From: Deferribacterales bacterium
GTDB lineage: Bacteria > Chrysiogenota > Deferribacteres > Deferribacterales > Geovibrionaceae
Direction: 5' to 3'
DNA length: 64,000 nt
Assembly (NCBI GenBank): GCA_050251875.1
Contig: JBFWMA010000003.1
Coordinates: forward strand, 32,001 to 96,000
Part shown: in pieces, positions 9,623 to 19,596 of the stretch
How the letters are laid out: each line of letters begins with the position of its first letter
Position numbering within the stretch: position 1 is the stretch's first letter
Made by a program: the position numbers and the translations under genes
Notes under the pieces: generated by a model
The model's database searches: none
The model's input: only the letters and a program-made list of their open reading frames with translations
What the model was told of the DNA's origin: nothing

Positions 9623-10236
9623 TTCCACTCTCCAAAATTTTTCAGCAGATTCACTCCCAGCTTCTGGCTCTTTTCCGGGTGAAACTGGGTGGCGGCGACA
9701 TTGTCTCTCACAACCATGGCTGTGAAGTCCACACCGTAAGAACAGGAGAGCGCCTCAACGCCTTCATCCTCCGCCTTCACACAGTATGAGTGGACAAAAT
9801 AGAAATAGTCTCCTGTTGAGATGCCGTCAAGTAAAGGATGTTCAAACTTTTTGTCAATTTGATTCCAGCCTATCTGCGGAATCTTCATCCCCTGCTCTAT
9901 TATCGAGTCGGGAAACTTTTTTACCGTGCCTTTGAATATGCCGAGTCCTTTGTGTTCGCCGAACTCCATACTCTTTTCGAACATCAGCTGCATGCCAACG
10001 CATATTCCCAGCATAGGCTTTCCCGTTTTTATAAAATCCAGAACTGCGTCTTTCAGACCGGATGACTCAAGTCCCGTATAACAGTCGCCGAAGGCGCCAA
10101 CGCCCGGCAGAACCGCTCTGTCAGCTTTTAATACTTTTTCCGGATCGGATGTTATGACGGCGTCATATCCCAGAGACTGAAGCGCTTTTTCCACGCTTCT
10201 CAAATTTCCCATCCCGTAATCTATGATAGAAATCAT
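9616..10236 (-). CDS. hisH: Imidazole glycerol phosphate synthase, glutaminase subunit
   Basis: DYGMGNL, LPGVG, GICVGMQ, QFHPEKS. Confidence 0.96.
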   Translation of the reverse strand: MISIIDYGMGNLRSVEKALQSLGYDAVITSDPEKVLKADRAVLPGVGAFGDCYTGLESSGLKDAVLDFIKTGKPMLGICVGMQLMFEKSMEFGEHKGLGIFKGTVKKFPDSIIEQGMKIPQIGWNQIDKKFEHPLLDGISTGDYFYFVHSYCVKAEDEGVEALSCSYGVDFTAMVVRDNVAATQFHPEKSQKLGVNLLKNFGEWKC

Positions 10237-10259
10237 TTAAACCTCAAAATATCTATTAC

Positions 10260-10338
10260 GTCACTGCGAGGAGCAGAGCGACGAAGCAGTCTCAAACACT
10301 GAGATTGCCACAGCCTCTTTAAGAGGCTTCGCAATGAC
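10260..10338. repeat. Palindromic repeat family 1 (GTCA.TGCGAG...GAGATTGC...CGCAATGAC), full copy
   Basis: Terminal inverted repeats GTCACTGCGA/TCGCAATGAC; closely similar to 33690-33766 and 24507-24544. Confidence 0.85.
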
Positions 10339-10352
10339 TAAAAATTTACCTC

Positions 10353-10476
10353 AAAAATAACGTCCTGTCATTTTTTCGCTAACGCTTCGTTTCGGCAAAG
10401 CCTCACTTCACTCACGTTCCGCTCGCTCAGTCACTAAAAGAGCCTTCGCTCTCTCCACGAAGCGCATCCTGCGCTT
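10353..10476 (-). repeat. Structured repeat family 2 (CAGGAYG-loop element), copy A
   Basis: Minus strand begins AAGCGCAGGAUGCGCUU and ends AAAAAUGACAGGACGUUAUUUUU; shares AACGCTTCG and CTCAC blocks with copies B-D. Confidence 0.8.
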
Positions 10477-10488
10477 TTATTCAAATAG

Positions 10489-11073
10489 TTACTTATCCAG
10501 CGAGCCCTTGGTGGACATCACCTTGTCGGACTCTATGCGCACGGCGTCTTTCACGGCACGGGCGAAGCATTTGAATATGCCCTCTATTATGTGGTGGGTG
10601 TTGCGCCCGTATCTTTTTATTATGTGCAGGTTGATACCCGCTCTGTCGGCAAATGCTTTGAAAAATTCCTCGGTCAGCTCTGTGTCGAAATCGCCCACTT
10701 TATCCGCCGGGATCTCAGCGTCAAAATTAAGATATGTGCGTCCGGAAAAATCCACGGCGCATTCTATCAGCGTCTCATCCATAGGCAGGAGGAAAAAACC
10801 GTATCTGCGGATTCCCTTCTTGTCGCCCAGCGCCTCACGAAAAGCGTCTCCCATCACAATCCCGATATCCTCGGCTGTGTGGTGGCTGTCTATGTGCAGG
10901 TCACCCTTGGCGGTGAGCGCCATGTCGAAGGAACCGTGTCTGGTGAACAGCTCCAGCATGTGATTCAGAAAACCGATTCCGGTGTCTATCTTATAAACGC
11001 CCTCACCATCCACATTCAGGCTGATGCTTATCTCTGTTTCGGTAGTTTTTCTGGAGATTTCTGATTTTCTCAC
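10489..11073 (-). CDS. hisB: Imidazoleglycerol-phosphate dehydratase
   Basis: IDSHHTAEDIG and GRNTHHIIEGIFK signatures. GTG start at 11073 with a GAGGG RBS; the track ORF is over-extended through a repeat. Confidence 0.95.
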   Translation of the reverse strand: MRKSEISRKTTETEISISLNVDGEGVYKIDTGIGFLNHMLELFTRHGSFDMALTAKGDLHIDSHHTAEDIGIVMGDAFREALGDKKGIRRYGFFLLPMDETLIECAVDFSGRTYLNFDAEIPADKVGDFDTELTEEFFKAFADRAGINLHIIKRYGRNTHHIIEGIFKCFARAVKDAVRIESDKVMSTKGSLDK

Positions 11074-11084
11074 GGCAGTCCCTC

Positions 11085-11246
11085 TACTTCGAACTTTTAT
11101 TTTACAACCAAACTTACATAATTTTTTCGTCCTGAAAAAATTATGCCAACGCTCCGTATGAATAAAATCCATACTCCGCTCACACTGCGCAGACGTATCT
11201 GCTCCGTGCGGCACATCCTGTGCCATACTTCGAACTTTTATTTTAC
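11085..11246. repeat. Perfect 21-bp direct repeats flanking family-2 copy B
   Basis: TACTTCGAACTTTTATTTTAC at 11085-11105 and 11226-11246. Confidence 0.9.
11117..11224 (-). repeat. Structured repeat family 2, copy B
   Basis: Minus strand begins GGCACAGGAUGUGCC and ends CAUAAUUUUUUCAGGACGAAAAAAUUAUG; six GGA trinucleotides. Confidence 0.85.
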
Positions 11247-11334
11247 TTTACTGTCATGATATATTATCCTAACATAATACAAAAATAAATATCTATTCCT
11301 TTAAGAATTTACCTTTTACGAGAGATATAAGCAC

Positions 11335-12225
11335 ATGAAATACCGCAAAACACTCTCCAAAAACTATGAACTGACAGAAAGAGACATAGAACATCTCCTT
11401 TATATCCAGCCTTTTATGGCAAAATATAAAGACGAGTTTCTGGAAGACGCCGCAGAAAAGATCGAGACATTTCAGCTGAGCGACAGACAGAAAGAAGCCA
11501 TCAAAGCCAATATGGAAAAGATGGGGATGTGGTATGACAGAGTGTTTGACGGCATGCCGGACAACGCTTATTTCACTTTTCTTCATAAACTGGGATATTC
11601 TCTCAGCAAATACAGCTTCGATCAGGAGATCATACCCACCCTTATCAGCTTCTGCCGTCTGTGGATGCACGAAAAAATCTTCGTGATAATGGATGACGAC
11701 ATCCGCAGAAAAGGGATTCTGCTCTCCATGCACAAGATGCTGGATATCAACAACGAAATCATCATCAGCGCTTATTACGACAAGCTCGTAAGCAGCTATA
11801 ACCCTGTGCACACCTACCGCAACTCTGTTGTGCGTGTCAGCGAGAAATTCTCTTTCTTAATGCACACTGCGCTGGTAACCGTGCTGATGCTGCTCACGCT
11901 CATGGCTGGCTGGGTGTTCATAGAGGAAGCCATCCACATGTTCCACGAACAGAGCGACCACGCTCTGATCACCGCTCTGGGTTCGCTCCTTATCATCTGG
12001 GTTCTGGTGGAGCTGATGCACACCGAGATACAGATGATAAAAGGCGGAAAGTTCAAAAACTCGATTTTTATCAGTGTCGCGCTCATTGCTTTTATTCGTG
12101 ACCTGATGATCATAACGCTGAAACATGAGACAACCAACATGCTTCAGCATGGTTTTATCCTCGGCTCGATACTCGTTCTGGGCGTCATATACTGGCTGAT
12201 AGTTAAAACCGAAAATTCTAACTGA
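11335..12225 (+). CDS. Protoglobin-like domain fused to a PsiE-family membrane domain
   Basis: Helical N-domain with a sensor-globin pattern (YELTERD...KMLDIN...ISAY); four C-terminal hydrophobic segments with ELMHT and ALIAFIR. Confidence 0.7.
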   Translation: MKYRKTLSKNYELTERDIEHLLYIQPFMAKYKDEFLEDAAEKIETFQLSDRQKEAIKANMEKMGMWYDRVFDGMPDNAYFTFLHKLGYSLSKYSFDQEIIPTLISFCRLWMHEKIFVIMDDDIRRKGILLSMHKMLDINNEIIISAYYDKLVSSYNPVHTYRNSVVRVSEKFSFLMHTALVTVLMLLTLMAGWVFIEEAIHMFHEQSDHALITALGSLLIIWVLVELMHTEIQMIKGGKFKNSIFISVALIAFIRDLMIITLKHETTNMLQHGFILGSILVLGVIYWLIVKTENSN

Positions 12226-12241
12226 TTTTGGAGTTTCATTC

Positions 12242-14839
12242 ATGCTTAAATCAATAGCTAAAGCAATCTTCGGCTCATACGCCGAACGCTATATCAAGTC
12301 CATGCAGCCCATGGTGGACTCTGTCAACGCTCTGGAACCGAAAATGCTGGCGCTCACCAACGCCGAGCTGGCTGGAGTTACGCTGACTCTCAGAGAACGT
12401 CTGGAAAAAGGCGAAAACGAAGATAAAATACTCAGCGATGCGTTCGCCCTCGTCAGAGAAGCGGGCAGACGCACACTGAATATGCGTCACTTCGATGTTC
12501 AGCTCATGGGCGGATACGCCCTGCACAAAGGCAAAATATCAGAGATGAAAACCGGTGAGGGTAAAACTCTGGTGGCGACACTCGCCATGTATCTGAACGC
12601 CGTCAGCGGCAAGGGAGCGCATCTGGTAACGGTGAACGACTACCTCGCCAGACGTGACGCCCAGTGGATGAGCCCCATCTATAAAATACTCGGTCTGTCT
12701 GTCGGTATTATCCAGCACGAAAGATCGTTCATAGTGGAGTGGGAGGACGAAAACACCTTCACCACCACACTCAGAGAGGTCACACGATCAGAAGCCTATG
12801 CGGCGGACATCACATACGGAACAAACAACGAGTTCGGTTTCGACTATCTCCGTGACAACATGAAGCCCCCCTATGAGCCTCTGGCACAGCGTGAGCTTAA
12901 CTTCGCCATTGTGGATGAGGTTGACTCCATCCTGATAGACGAGGCGAGAACTCCCCTTATCATCTCCGGTCCCACAGAGAGAAGCACAGAGAAATATTAT
13001 GACGTGGACGCAGTGGTTAGACTGCTTCAGCCCACAGAACACTATACTTTCGATGAAAAAAACAGAACCGTTCAGCTCAACGACAACGGTATCAACCTGA
13101 TAGAAAATGAGATGAAGCTCGACAACCTCTATGACATCAAACATGTGGACGTCCTGCACAACATCAACAATTCGCTGAAGGCACACGCACTCTTCAAAAA
13201 AGACGTGGACTATGTGGTGAAAGACGGACAGGTAGTCATAGTGGATGAGTTCACCGGACGCCTTCAGCCCGGCAGACGCTATTCAGACGGCATGCACCAG
13301 GCTCTGGAAGCCAAAGAAGGCGTTAAAATCGAGAGCGAAAACCAGACTCTCGCCTCCATCACCTTTCAGAACTATTTCAGAATGTATAAGAAACTCGCCG
13401 GTATGACAGGTACCGCCATCACAGAGGCGCAGGAATTCTTATCAATATACAACCTCGGCGTGGCGGTCATCCCCACCAACATGAAGATGATCCGTAAAGA
13501 CTACACTGATGTAATCTACAGAACAGCCAAGGAAAAATATCTCGCCATCGTGGCAGAGATAGAAGAGATGAATAAATCCGGCAGACCCGTTCTGGTGGGT
13601 ACAAGCTCCATAGAAAAGTCTGAGCTCATCAGCGCCCTCCTCACCAAAAAAGGCATCAGACACGAAGTTCTGAACGCCAAAAACCACGAGAGAGAGGCGG
13701 AGATAGTAAAAGACGCCGGATCAAAAGGCGCCGTTACCATCGCCACAAACATGGCTGGACGCGGTACCGACATTAAGCTGGGTGACGGAGTTATAGATCT
13801 GGGCGGTCTGCACATCATCGGTACAGACAGACACGAATCACGCCGTATCGACAACCAGCTCAGAGGACGTGCCGGACGTCAGGGCGACCCCGGTTCATCC
13901 AGATTTTTCGTTTCTCTGGAAGACGACCTCATGCGTATCTTCGGATCAGAAAAGATCTCCGCCATCATGCAGAGACTGGGCATGAAAGAGGGCGAATCCA
14001 TAGAGCACTCCATCATATCAAAATCGATTGAGGGAGCGCAGAAGAAGGTGGAGGCATTCCACTTCGAAATCAGAAAGCACCTGCTGGACTATGACAACGT
14101 AATGAACCAGCAGAGAAACGTAATATACTCTCTGCGTAAGGATATTATGCAGGGCGAGGCCGCTGACGAAATAGTGACCGAAACCATTGAGAATGTTATC
14201 GAATCCATGACCGAGGCGCACATCAACAGCGCCGAGCGCCCCGATTTCGAGGCATTCGAGAAAGATATTTTCTCAGTATTCGATTTCGAGTTCACCTTCA
14301 GCAGCGACAAAAGAATCTATCAGCAGGAGCTGGAGCGTCTCAGAGCCGAGATCGCTAAAAAGCTCGATGAGAAGAAAGAGCAGTTCGGCGGATATTTCGC
14401 CGAAGTCGCCAGGTTCCTCTACATCAACGTTCTGGATTCTAAGTGGAAAGAGAATCTTCTCCACATGGATCACCTGAGAGACTCAGTGGGCTTAAGAGGA
14501 TACGGACAGAAAGACCCGCTGAACGAATACAAGCGTGAGGCATACAACCTGTTTGTCAGCATGATGAACCGCATCAATTCCGAAGTTGTCAGATTCCTCT
14601 TCCATGTGGAGCTGGACAACAGAGCCGACATAGAACAGGCGGAAAAACAGCAGGAACGTGTGCAAACCAAAGAAGAACAGAGAGACATCTTCGCAGAAGA
14701 CAAAAAATCAGCCGAAGAGAAACGGGCGCCCATCAAAAGGGATGTGCCGAAGGTCGGCAGAAACGATCTCTGTCCCTGCGGAAGCGGAAAAAAATATAAA
14801 AAATGCTGCGGAGCAAACGAAGCAGACTCAGAAGATTAA
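12242..14839 (+). CDS. secA: Preprotein translocase ATPase SecA
   Basis: [30 protein letters not shown]-terminal [13 protein letters not shown]. Confidence 0.98.
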   Translation: MLKSIAKAIFGSYAERYIKSMQPMVDSVNALEPKMLALTNAELAGVTLTLRERLEKGENEDKILSDAFALVREAGRRTLNMRHFDVQLMGGYALHKGKISEMKTGEGKTLVATLAMYLNAVSGKGAHLVTVNDYLARRDAQWMSPIYKILGLSVGIIQHERSFIVEWEDENTFTTTLREVTRSEAYAADITYGTNNEFGFDYLRDNMKPPYEPLAQRELNFAIVDEVDSILIDEARTPLIISGPTERSTEKYYDVDAVVRLLQPTEHYTFDEKNRTVQLNDNGINLIENEMKLDNLYDIKHVDVLHNINNSLKAHALFKKDVDYVVKDGQVVIVDEFTGRLQPGRRYSDGMHQALEAKEGVKIESENQTLASITFQNYFRMYKKLAGMTGTAITEAQEFLSIYNLGVAVIPTNMKMIRKDYTDVIYRTAKEKYLAIVAEIEEMNKSGRPVLVGTSSIEKSELISALLTKKGIRHEVLNAKNHEREAEIVKDAGSKGAVTIATNMAGRGTDIKLGDGVIDLGGLHIIGTDRHESRRIDNQLRGRAGRQGDPGSSRFFVSLEDDLMRIFGSEKISAIMQRLGMKEGESIEHSIISKSIEGAQKKVEAFHFEIRKHLLDYDNVMNQQRNVIYSLRKDIMQGEAADEIVTETIENVIESMTEAHINSAERPDFEAFEKDIFSVFDFEFTFSSDKRIYQQELERLRAEIAKKLDEKKEQFGGYFAEVARFLYINVLDSKWKENLLHMDHLRDSVGLRGYGQKDPLNEYKREAYNLFVSMMNRINSEVVRFLFHVELDNRADIEQAEKQQERVQTKEEQRDIFAEDKKSAEEKRAPIKRDVPKVGRNDLCPCGSGKKYKKCCGANEADSED

Positions 14840-14843
14840 CACT

Positions 14844-14870
14844 AAGCGGAGCGAATGCTCCGCTTTTTTT
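14844..14870 (+). terminator. Intrinsic terminator after secA
   Basis: AAGCGGAGC-GAAT-GCTCCGC followed by T7. Confidence 0.8.
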
Positions 14871-14884
14871 ATATGGAGGCTTAT

Positions 14885-15430
14885 ATGAAAAGTTTCCCTC
14901 TGACAAAAGCATACCGGTTTCTGGAGCCCGGACCTGTCATACTGCTCACCACCCATGACGGCATCAGAGACAATGTCATGACACTCAGCTACATGATGAT
15001 AATCGATGATAATATCCCGCTGATAGCTGTCAGCATGGGCGGGTGGGACTACAGCTTCGACACTTTGATGACCCGTAAGCAGTGCGTGGTGTGCGTTCCG
15101 GCGGACGACATGCTCAAAACCGTGGTGGATATAGGCAACTGCTCCGGAGCGGACACGGATAAATTCGCTCTGTTCGGTCTGACTGCGGTGAAGGCATCCG
15201 AGGTAACGCCGCCGCTGATAGCCCAGTGTCCGGTGAATCTGGAATGTGTGGTGCATGACGATTCTCTGGCGGATAAGTATAATCTGATAATCCTGCGAGT
15301 GGTAAAGGCGTGGGCAGACAAAACCGAATTTAAAAAGATACATCATAACGGTGACGGGACATATGTTATAGACGGCGAGACCTTCGACATGAAAGACAGG
15401 ATGACACGCTGGCCTGACTATATAAAATAA
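14885..15430 (+). CDS. Flavin reductase-family (FMN-binding split barrel) protein
   Basis: EPGPVILLT, IGNCSG..TDKF, PPLIAQCPVNLEC; GGAGG RBS before ATG 14885. Confidence 0.85.
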   Translation: MKSFPLTKAYRFLEPGPVILLTTHDGIRDNVMTLSYMMIIDDNIPLIAVSMGGWDYSFDTLMTRKQCVVCVPADDMLKTVVDIGNCSGADTDKFALFGLTAVKASEVTPPLIAQCPVNLECVVHDDSLADKYNLIILRVVKAWADKTEFKKIHHNGDGTYVIDGETFDMKDRMTRWPDYIK

Positions 15431-15465
15431 AAAGACCGGCAGAGGCCTCGCTCCACCGGTCTTTT
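15430..15465. terminator. Bidirectional terminator between the flavin reductase gene and rpsU
   Basis: AAAAGACCGG...CCGGTCTTTT between convergent genes. Confidence 0.7.
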
Positions 15466-15571
15466 GTTATAAAGACAGCCGCTTTTCTCAAGCAACTATT
15501 CCATACAATTTAAACGTGTTTCCACGTTTTGCCTCTGTTAAAGCTATGCTTGAACTAAGGCGTGATAAGTA

Positions 15572-15790
15572 TTAATAATATTTATACTTATCGTTGAGTT
15601 TGCGCTGAAGTTTCTGCTGTTTGCGTTTAGCTTTCAGCAGTTTTTTTCTGCGAACCTCTGTGGGTTTCTCATAATAGGTATGAGTTTTAATCTCCCTAAT
15701 GAGACCCTCGCGCTCGATCTTCTTTTTCAGAAGTTTCAGAGCGTAGTCGACGTTATCTCCGTCAACTTTTACAATAGCGTTAATTGCCAC
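15572..15790 (-). CDS. rpsU: 30S ribosomal protein S21
   Basis: ALKLLKKKIEREGLIREIK..YYEKPT; GTG at 15790 chosen on RBS spacing (alternative 15799). Confidence 0.9.
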   Translation of the reverse strand: MAINAIVKVDGDNVDYALKLLKKKIEREGLIREIKTHTYYEKPTEVRRKKLLKAKRKQQKLQRKLNDKYKYY

Positions 15791-15814
15791 TGTAATCACA
15801 TCCTTTCTTGGTAT

Positions 15815-18124
15815 TTAAATTAGTACCAGCTCCAAAACTTCGTCAATATGCTCAACCAAGTGGAACCGGAGCATTGTTTTAACATCAGACGGAATATCTG
15901 TCAAGTCCTTCTCATTACTTTTCGGGAAAATAACTTCTTTTACACCAGCTCTGTGAGCCGCCAGCACCTTTTCTTTCAGTCCGCCGATAGCGAGCACTCG
16001 TCCACGAAGGGTTATTTCGCCCGTCATGGCTATGTCGCATTTCACCTGTCTCTCTGACAGCGCCGACAGTATGGCTGTGGTCATGGTGATCCCCGCGCTG
16101 GGACCGTCTTTGGGCACGGCACCCTCCGGAACGTGGACATGCACGTCAAATTCCGAGAATCTTTTTGCAGGAATCTGGAGTTTTGTAGCGCAGCTTTTCG
16201 CAACGGTATAAGCCGTTTGAGCGGATTCTTTCATAACATCGCCCAGCTTGCCCGTAAGCTGCATCTTGCCGGAACCTCTGTATACGGCGACCTCTATCTG
16301 GAGGATATCTCCGCCGTATGGCGTCCACGCCAGCCCGGTGGCAACACCCACTTCCACGGCTTTCGGAATGGCTTCCATTCGGAATTTTTCCTTTCCGAGG
16401 AATTTTTCCAGATTTTTTCCGTTTATCTTAACCGTTTTCAGGTTGGAATTCTCAACAATCTTTTTAGCGGATTTTCTGATGAGCGAAGCGATATTGCGCT
16501 CCAGATTTCTAACGCCCGCCTCTTTCGTGTATCCTCTGATGATTCCGTACACTGCGCTGTCGGCTATCTTCACCCTTTCATCGTCCAGATGGTGTTCTTT
16601 CAGCTGTTTTGGTATCAGAAACTGAGACGCTATGCCGAATTTCTCTTTTTCGGTATAACCGCTGACGTTAATGACCTCCATCCTGTCCAGAAGCGCTCTG
16701 GGGATGCCGTCTATACTGTTGGACGTGGTGATGAACAGCACCTTCGAAAGGTCGAACTCCACCTCAAGATAGTGATCCATAAACGTGGAGTTCTGCTCGG
16801 GGTCGAGCACCTCCAGAAGAGCAGATGACGGATCGCCTCTGAAATCTGAGCCGAGTTTATCTATCTCATCCAGCAGGAACACGGGGTTCATGCTTTTCGC
16901 CTTTTTTATCGATTGAAGAATCTTGCCCGGCATTGAGCCGATATATGTTTTTCTGTGTCCTCTGATCTCCGCCTCGTCACGCACGCCGCCCAGCGACATC
17001 CGCACGAACTCTCTGCCCATGGCTTCCGCTATGGAGCGAGCCAGAGATGTTTTACCCACCCCGGGAGGTCCTGTGAAGCAGATTATCGGTCCTTTGATAT
17101 CCGGAGCGATGGTCTTAACAGCCAGATATTCCAGAATCCTCTCTTTGGGTTTTTCCAGTCCGAAATGGTCTCTGTCCAGAATCTTTTCAGCGTTTTTCAG
17201 ATCCAGAACGTCTTCGGAAAAACTGCCCCAGGGCATGCTGAGCAGCCAGTCCAGATAGTTTCTGACCACTGTCGCCTCAGCGCTCATGGGTGACATCAGC
17301 TTCAGCTTGCGCAGCTCTTTTCCGGCTCTCTCTCTGACGGAATCAGAGAATTTCGCCTCTTTTATCCTCTCTTCGAGCTCGTCCAGATCGGCTTTGAAAT
17401 CATCGTCCTTTCCCAGCTCCTCGTTGATGGCCTTCACCTGTTCGCCCAGATAATATTCCTTCTGAGCTTTCGACATCTGGTTTTTCACCTTCTGTCTGAT
17501 GCGGTTATCCATCTTTACCAGTTCTATATATGTCTGGACAGTTTCTATAACCTTTTCCGCCCTCTCCTGAGCGTCATCGGTCTCCAGAACTATCTGCTGT
17601 TCGTCATTTTTCACAGGCATGTATGATATAACGGAGTATGCCAGCCTGTTTATATCGTCTATCTCGCTGACGGCGCTCAGTACGTTTTCATTTATCTTCT
17701 TAGACAGCTCGGCATACTGGCGGAAGCTGTCGGCGAGCATTTTGAAAAGGGCTGCCTCCTCCTCAGGATGCACTTCACCGTCTTCCAGAAGGCTTACGTT
17801 GGCATATAAGCACTCGTTCTCATCCGCTATAGACAGAATCCTTCCCCGCTCTATACCTTCCACCAGGAGCTTAACAGTGCCGTCAGGCAGCTTAAGCACC
17901 TGAAGTATCTTCGCCGCCACTCCGGTTTTGTATATATCGTCATACTCAGGGTTATTCTCCTCCTCGTCCTGCTGGAGGACGAAAAAAACATATCCGTTTC
18001 CGTTGTCGGCGACATCCACGGCATTCACCGATCTGTCACGCCCAACGAAGACGGGTGTTATCATATAAGGAAAAATAACCATGTCCCTGAGAGGGATCAG
18101 AGGATACTGCTCAATTCTTTCCAT
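15815..18124 (-). CDS. lon: ATP-dependent protease La
   Basis: [24 protein letters not shown]. Confidence 0.97.
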   Translation of the reverse strand: MERIEQYPLIPLRDMVIFPYMITPVFVGRDRSVNAVDVADNGNGYVFFVLQQDEEENNPEYDDIYKTGVAAKILQVLKLPDGTVKLLVEGIERGRILSIADENECLYANVSLLEDGEVHPEEEAALFKMLADSFRQYAELSKKINENVLSAVSEIDDINRLAYSVISYMPVKNDEQQIVLETDDAQERAEKVIETVQTYIELVKMDNRIRQKVKNQMSKAQKEYYLGEQVKAINEELGKDDDFKADLDELEERIKEAKFSDSVRERAGKELRKLKLMSPMSAEATVVRNYLDWLLSMPWGSFSEDVLDLKNAEKILDRDHFGLEKPKERILEYLAVKTIAPDIKGPIICFTGPPGVGKTSLARSIAEAMGREFVRMSLGGVRDEAEIRGHRKTYIGSMPGKILQSIKKAKSMNPVFLLDEIDKLGSDFRGDPSSALLEVLDPEQNSTFMDHYLEVEFDLSKVLFITTSNSIDGIPRALLDRMEVINVSGYTEKEKFGIASQFLIPKQLKEHHLDDERVKIADSAVYGIIRGYTKEAGVRNLERNIASLIRKSAKKIVENSNLKTVKINGKNLEKFLGKEKFRMEAIPKAVEVGVATGLAWTPYGGDILQIEVAVYRGSGKMQLTGKLGDVMKESAQTAYTVAKSCATKLQIPAKRFSEFDVHVHVPEGAVPKDGPSAGITMTTAILSALSERQVKCDIAMTGEITLRGRVLAIGGLKEKVLAAHRAGVKEVIFPKSNEKDLTDIPSDVKTMLRFHLVEHIDEVLELVLI

Positions 18125-18224
18125 TATTCACCTTGAAGTTTCATCGAAAAATAAAGCAATGCCGAAAAACCGCATTGCTTTAACTATAATAGTTGTTTTT
18201 TGGTTAAAAGGGCAAGTAGAAGTT

Positions 18225-18253
18225 AAAAAAAGCGGAGCATTGAGCTCCGCTTT
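18225..18253 (-). terminator. Intrinsic terminator after clpX
   Basis: Minus strand AAAGCGGAGC-TCAAT-GCTCCGC followed by T7. Confidence 0.8.
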
Positions 18254-18261
18254 ATAACCAT

Positions 18262-19503
18262 TTAGGCTGTTTCTTTTTTGTTTTCGTACATCAGTATGGG
18301 TTTCGCTCCCTCGCTGATGACGTCTTCGTTGATGATGCACTCCACGATCTCTTTGTCGGAGGGCACGGTATACATGATCTCCATCATCGCCTCTTCCAGA
18401 ATGGAACGCAGACCTCTCGCTCCTGTCTTTCTGTTCAGAGCTTTTTTTGCCACAGCTTTCAGAGCGCTGTTGGTGAAGGTCAGCTTCACATTGTCGAAGG
18501 AGAACATCTGTACATACTGCTTAACCAGAGCGTTTTTAGGCTCCTGAAGTATGCGCACCAGAGCCTCTTCGTCCAGATCCTGAAGAGCGGCGGCTATGGG
18601 AAGTCTTCCCACGAACTCGGGGATAAGCCCGAATTTAACCAGATCGTCAGGTCTGAGCTGTTTGAGCAGGTCGAAACGGCTCATGTCTTTTGATTCTGAA
18701 GATTTGCTGGAGAAGCCCAGGGATTTTTCGCCCACACGCTTCTTGATTATGCTGTCCAGATAGTCGAATGCTCCGCCCACGATGAACAGGATGTTGGATG
18801 TATCCACCTGGATATAGTCCTGCTGGGGGTGCTTGCGCCCACCCTGCGGCGGAACGTTGGCTATGGTGCCTTCGATTATTTTCAGAAGAGCCTGCTGAAC
18901 ACCCTCGCCGCTGACATCTCTGGTGATGCTGGGGCTGTCGGTCTTCTTGGCTATCTTGTCTATCTCGTCTATGAAGATGATTCCGTTCTGTGCTCTCTGA
19001 ACGTCATAGTCGGCATTCTGAAGGAGCTTGAGAACCACGTTCTCAACATCCTCTCCCACATATCCGGCCTCTGTCAGAGTGGTGGCGTCCGCTATGGCGA
19101 AGGGCACGTTCAGCACTCTTGCCAGTGTTCTGGCGAGCAGTGTTTTTCCTGTTCCGGTGGGGCCCAGAAGAAGGATGTTGCTCTTTTCCAGCTCCACTTC
19201 GGATTTTTTGCCGTGGAGAACTCTCTTATAGTGGTTATGCACAGCCACGCTCAGAACCTTCTTAGCGTCCTGCTGTCCTATAACGTATTCATCGAGTTTA
19301 TCTTTGATTTCGGCGGGAGTCAGGAGCTTGAGCGCCTGATCGTCTTTGATGCCGTCTTCGATATCTTCTTTCAGTATCTCGTTGCACAGTTCTATACACT
19401 CATTGCATATGAACACATTGGGTCCGGCTATGAGCTTTTTAACTTCATCCTGAGTTTTGCCGCAGAATGAGCAGGAGAGAATTTCTTTTTTTGCTTTTGC
19501 CAT
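18262..19503 (-). CDS. clpX: Clp protease ATP-binding subunit ClpX
   Basis: CSFCGK...ICNEC zinc finger, [19 protein letters not shown] 19503 after GAGGTG. Confidence 0.97.
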   Translation of the reverse strand: MAKAKKEILSCSFCGKTQDEVKKLIAGPNVFICNECIELCNEILKEDIEDGIKDDQALKLLTPAEIKDKLDEYVIGQQDAKKVLSVAVHNHYKRVLHGKKSEVELEKSNILLLGPTGTGKTLLARTLARVLNVPFAIADATTLTEAGYVGEDVENVVLKLLQNADYDVQRAQNGIIFIDEIDKIAKKTDSPSITRDVSGEGVQQALLKIIEGTIANVPPQGGRKHPQQDYIQVDTSNILFIVGGAFDYLDSIIKKRVGEKSLGFSSKSSESKDMSRFDLLKQLRPDDLVKFGLIPEFVGRLPIAAALQDLDEEALVRILQEPKNALVKQYVQMFSFDNVKLTFTNSALKAVAKKALNRKTGARGLRSILEEAMMEIMYTVPSDKEIVECIINEDVISEGAKPILMYENKKETA

Positions 19504-19536
19504 GGGCACACCTCATCGATTCAAAACAGAAAAATG

Positions 19537-19560
19537 AAAAAGCCTTGCGTGAGGCTTTTT
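19537..19560 (-). terminator. Hairpin, possible terminator, between clpP and clpX
   Basis: AAAAAGCCT...AGGCTTTTT. Confidence 0.55.
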
Positions 19561-19596
19561 CCGTTATCCACCAAAATATCTTAGCGTGAAATTATT

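Noticed and set aside
15505..15540. GGCAAAAC...GAAA hairpin resembling a c-di-GMP-I riboswitch
   Set aside because: Lacks the following GACGCAAA junction and second stem, and lies downstream of a gene; kept only as a generic structure.
18152..18182. Second CIRCE element upstream of lon
   Set aside because: Arms match TTAGCACTC at about 5 of 9 positions and the spacing would then be 11, not 9.
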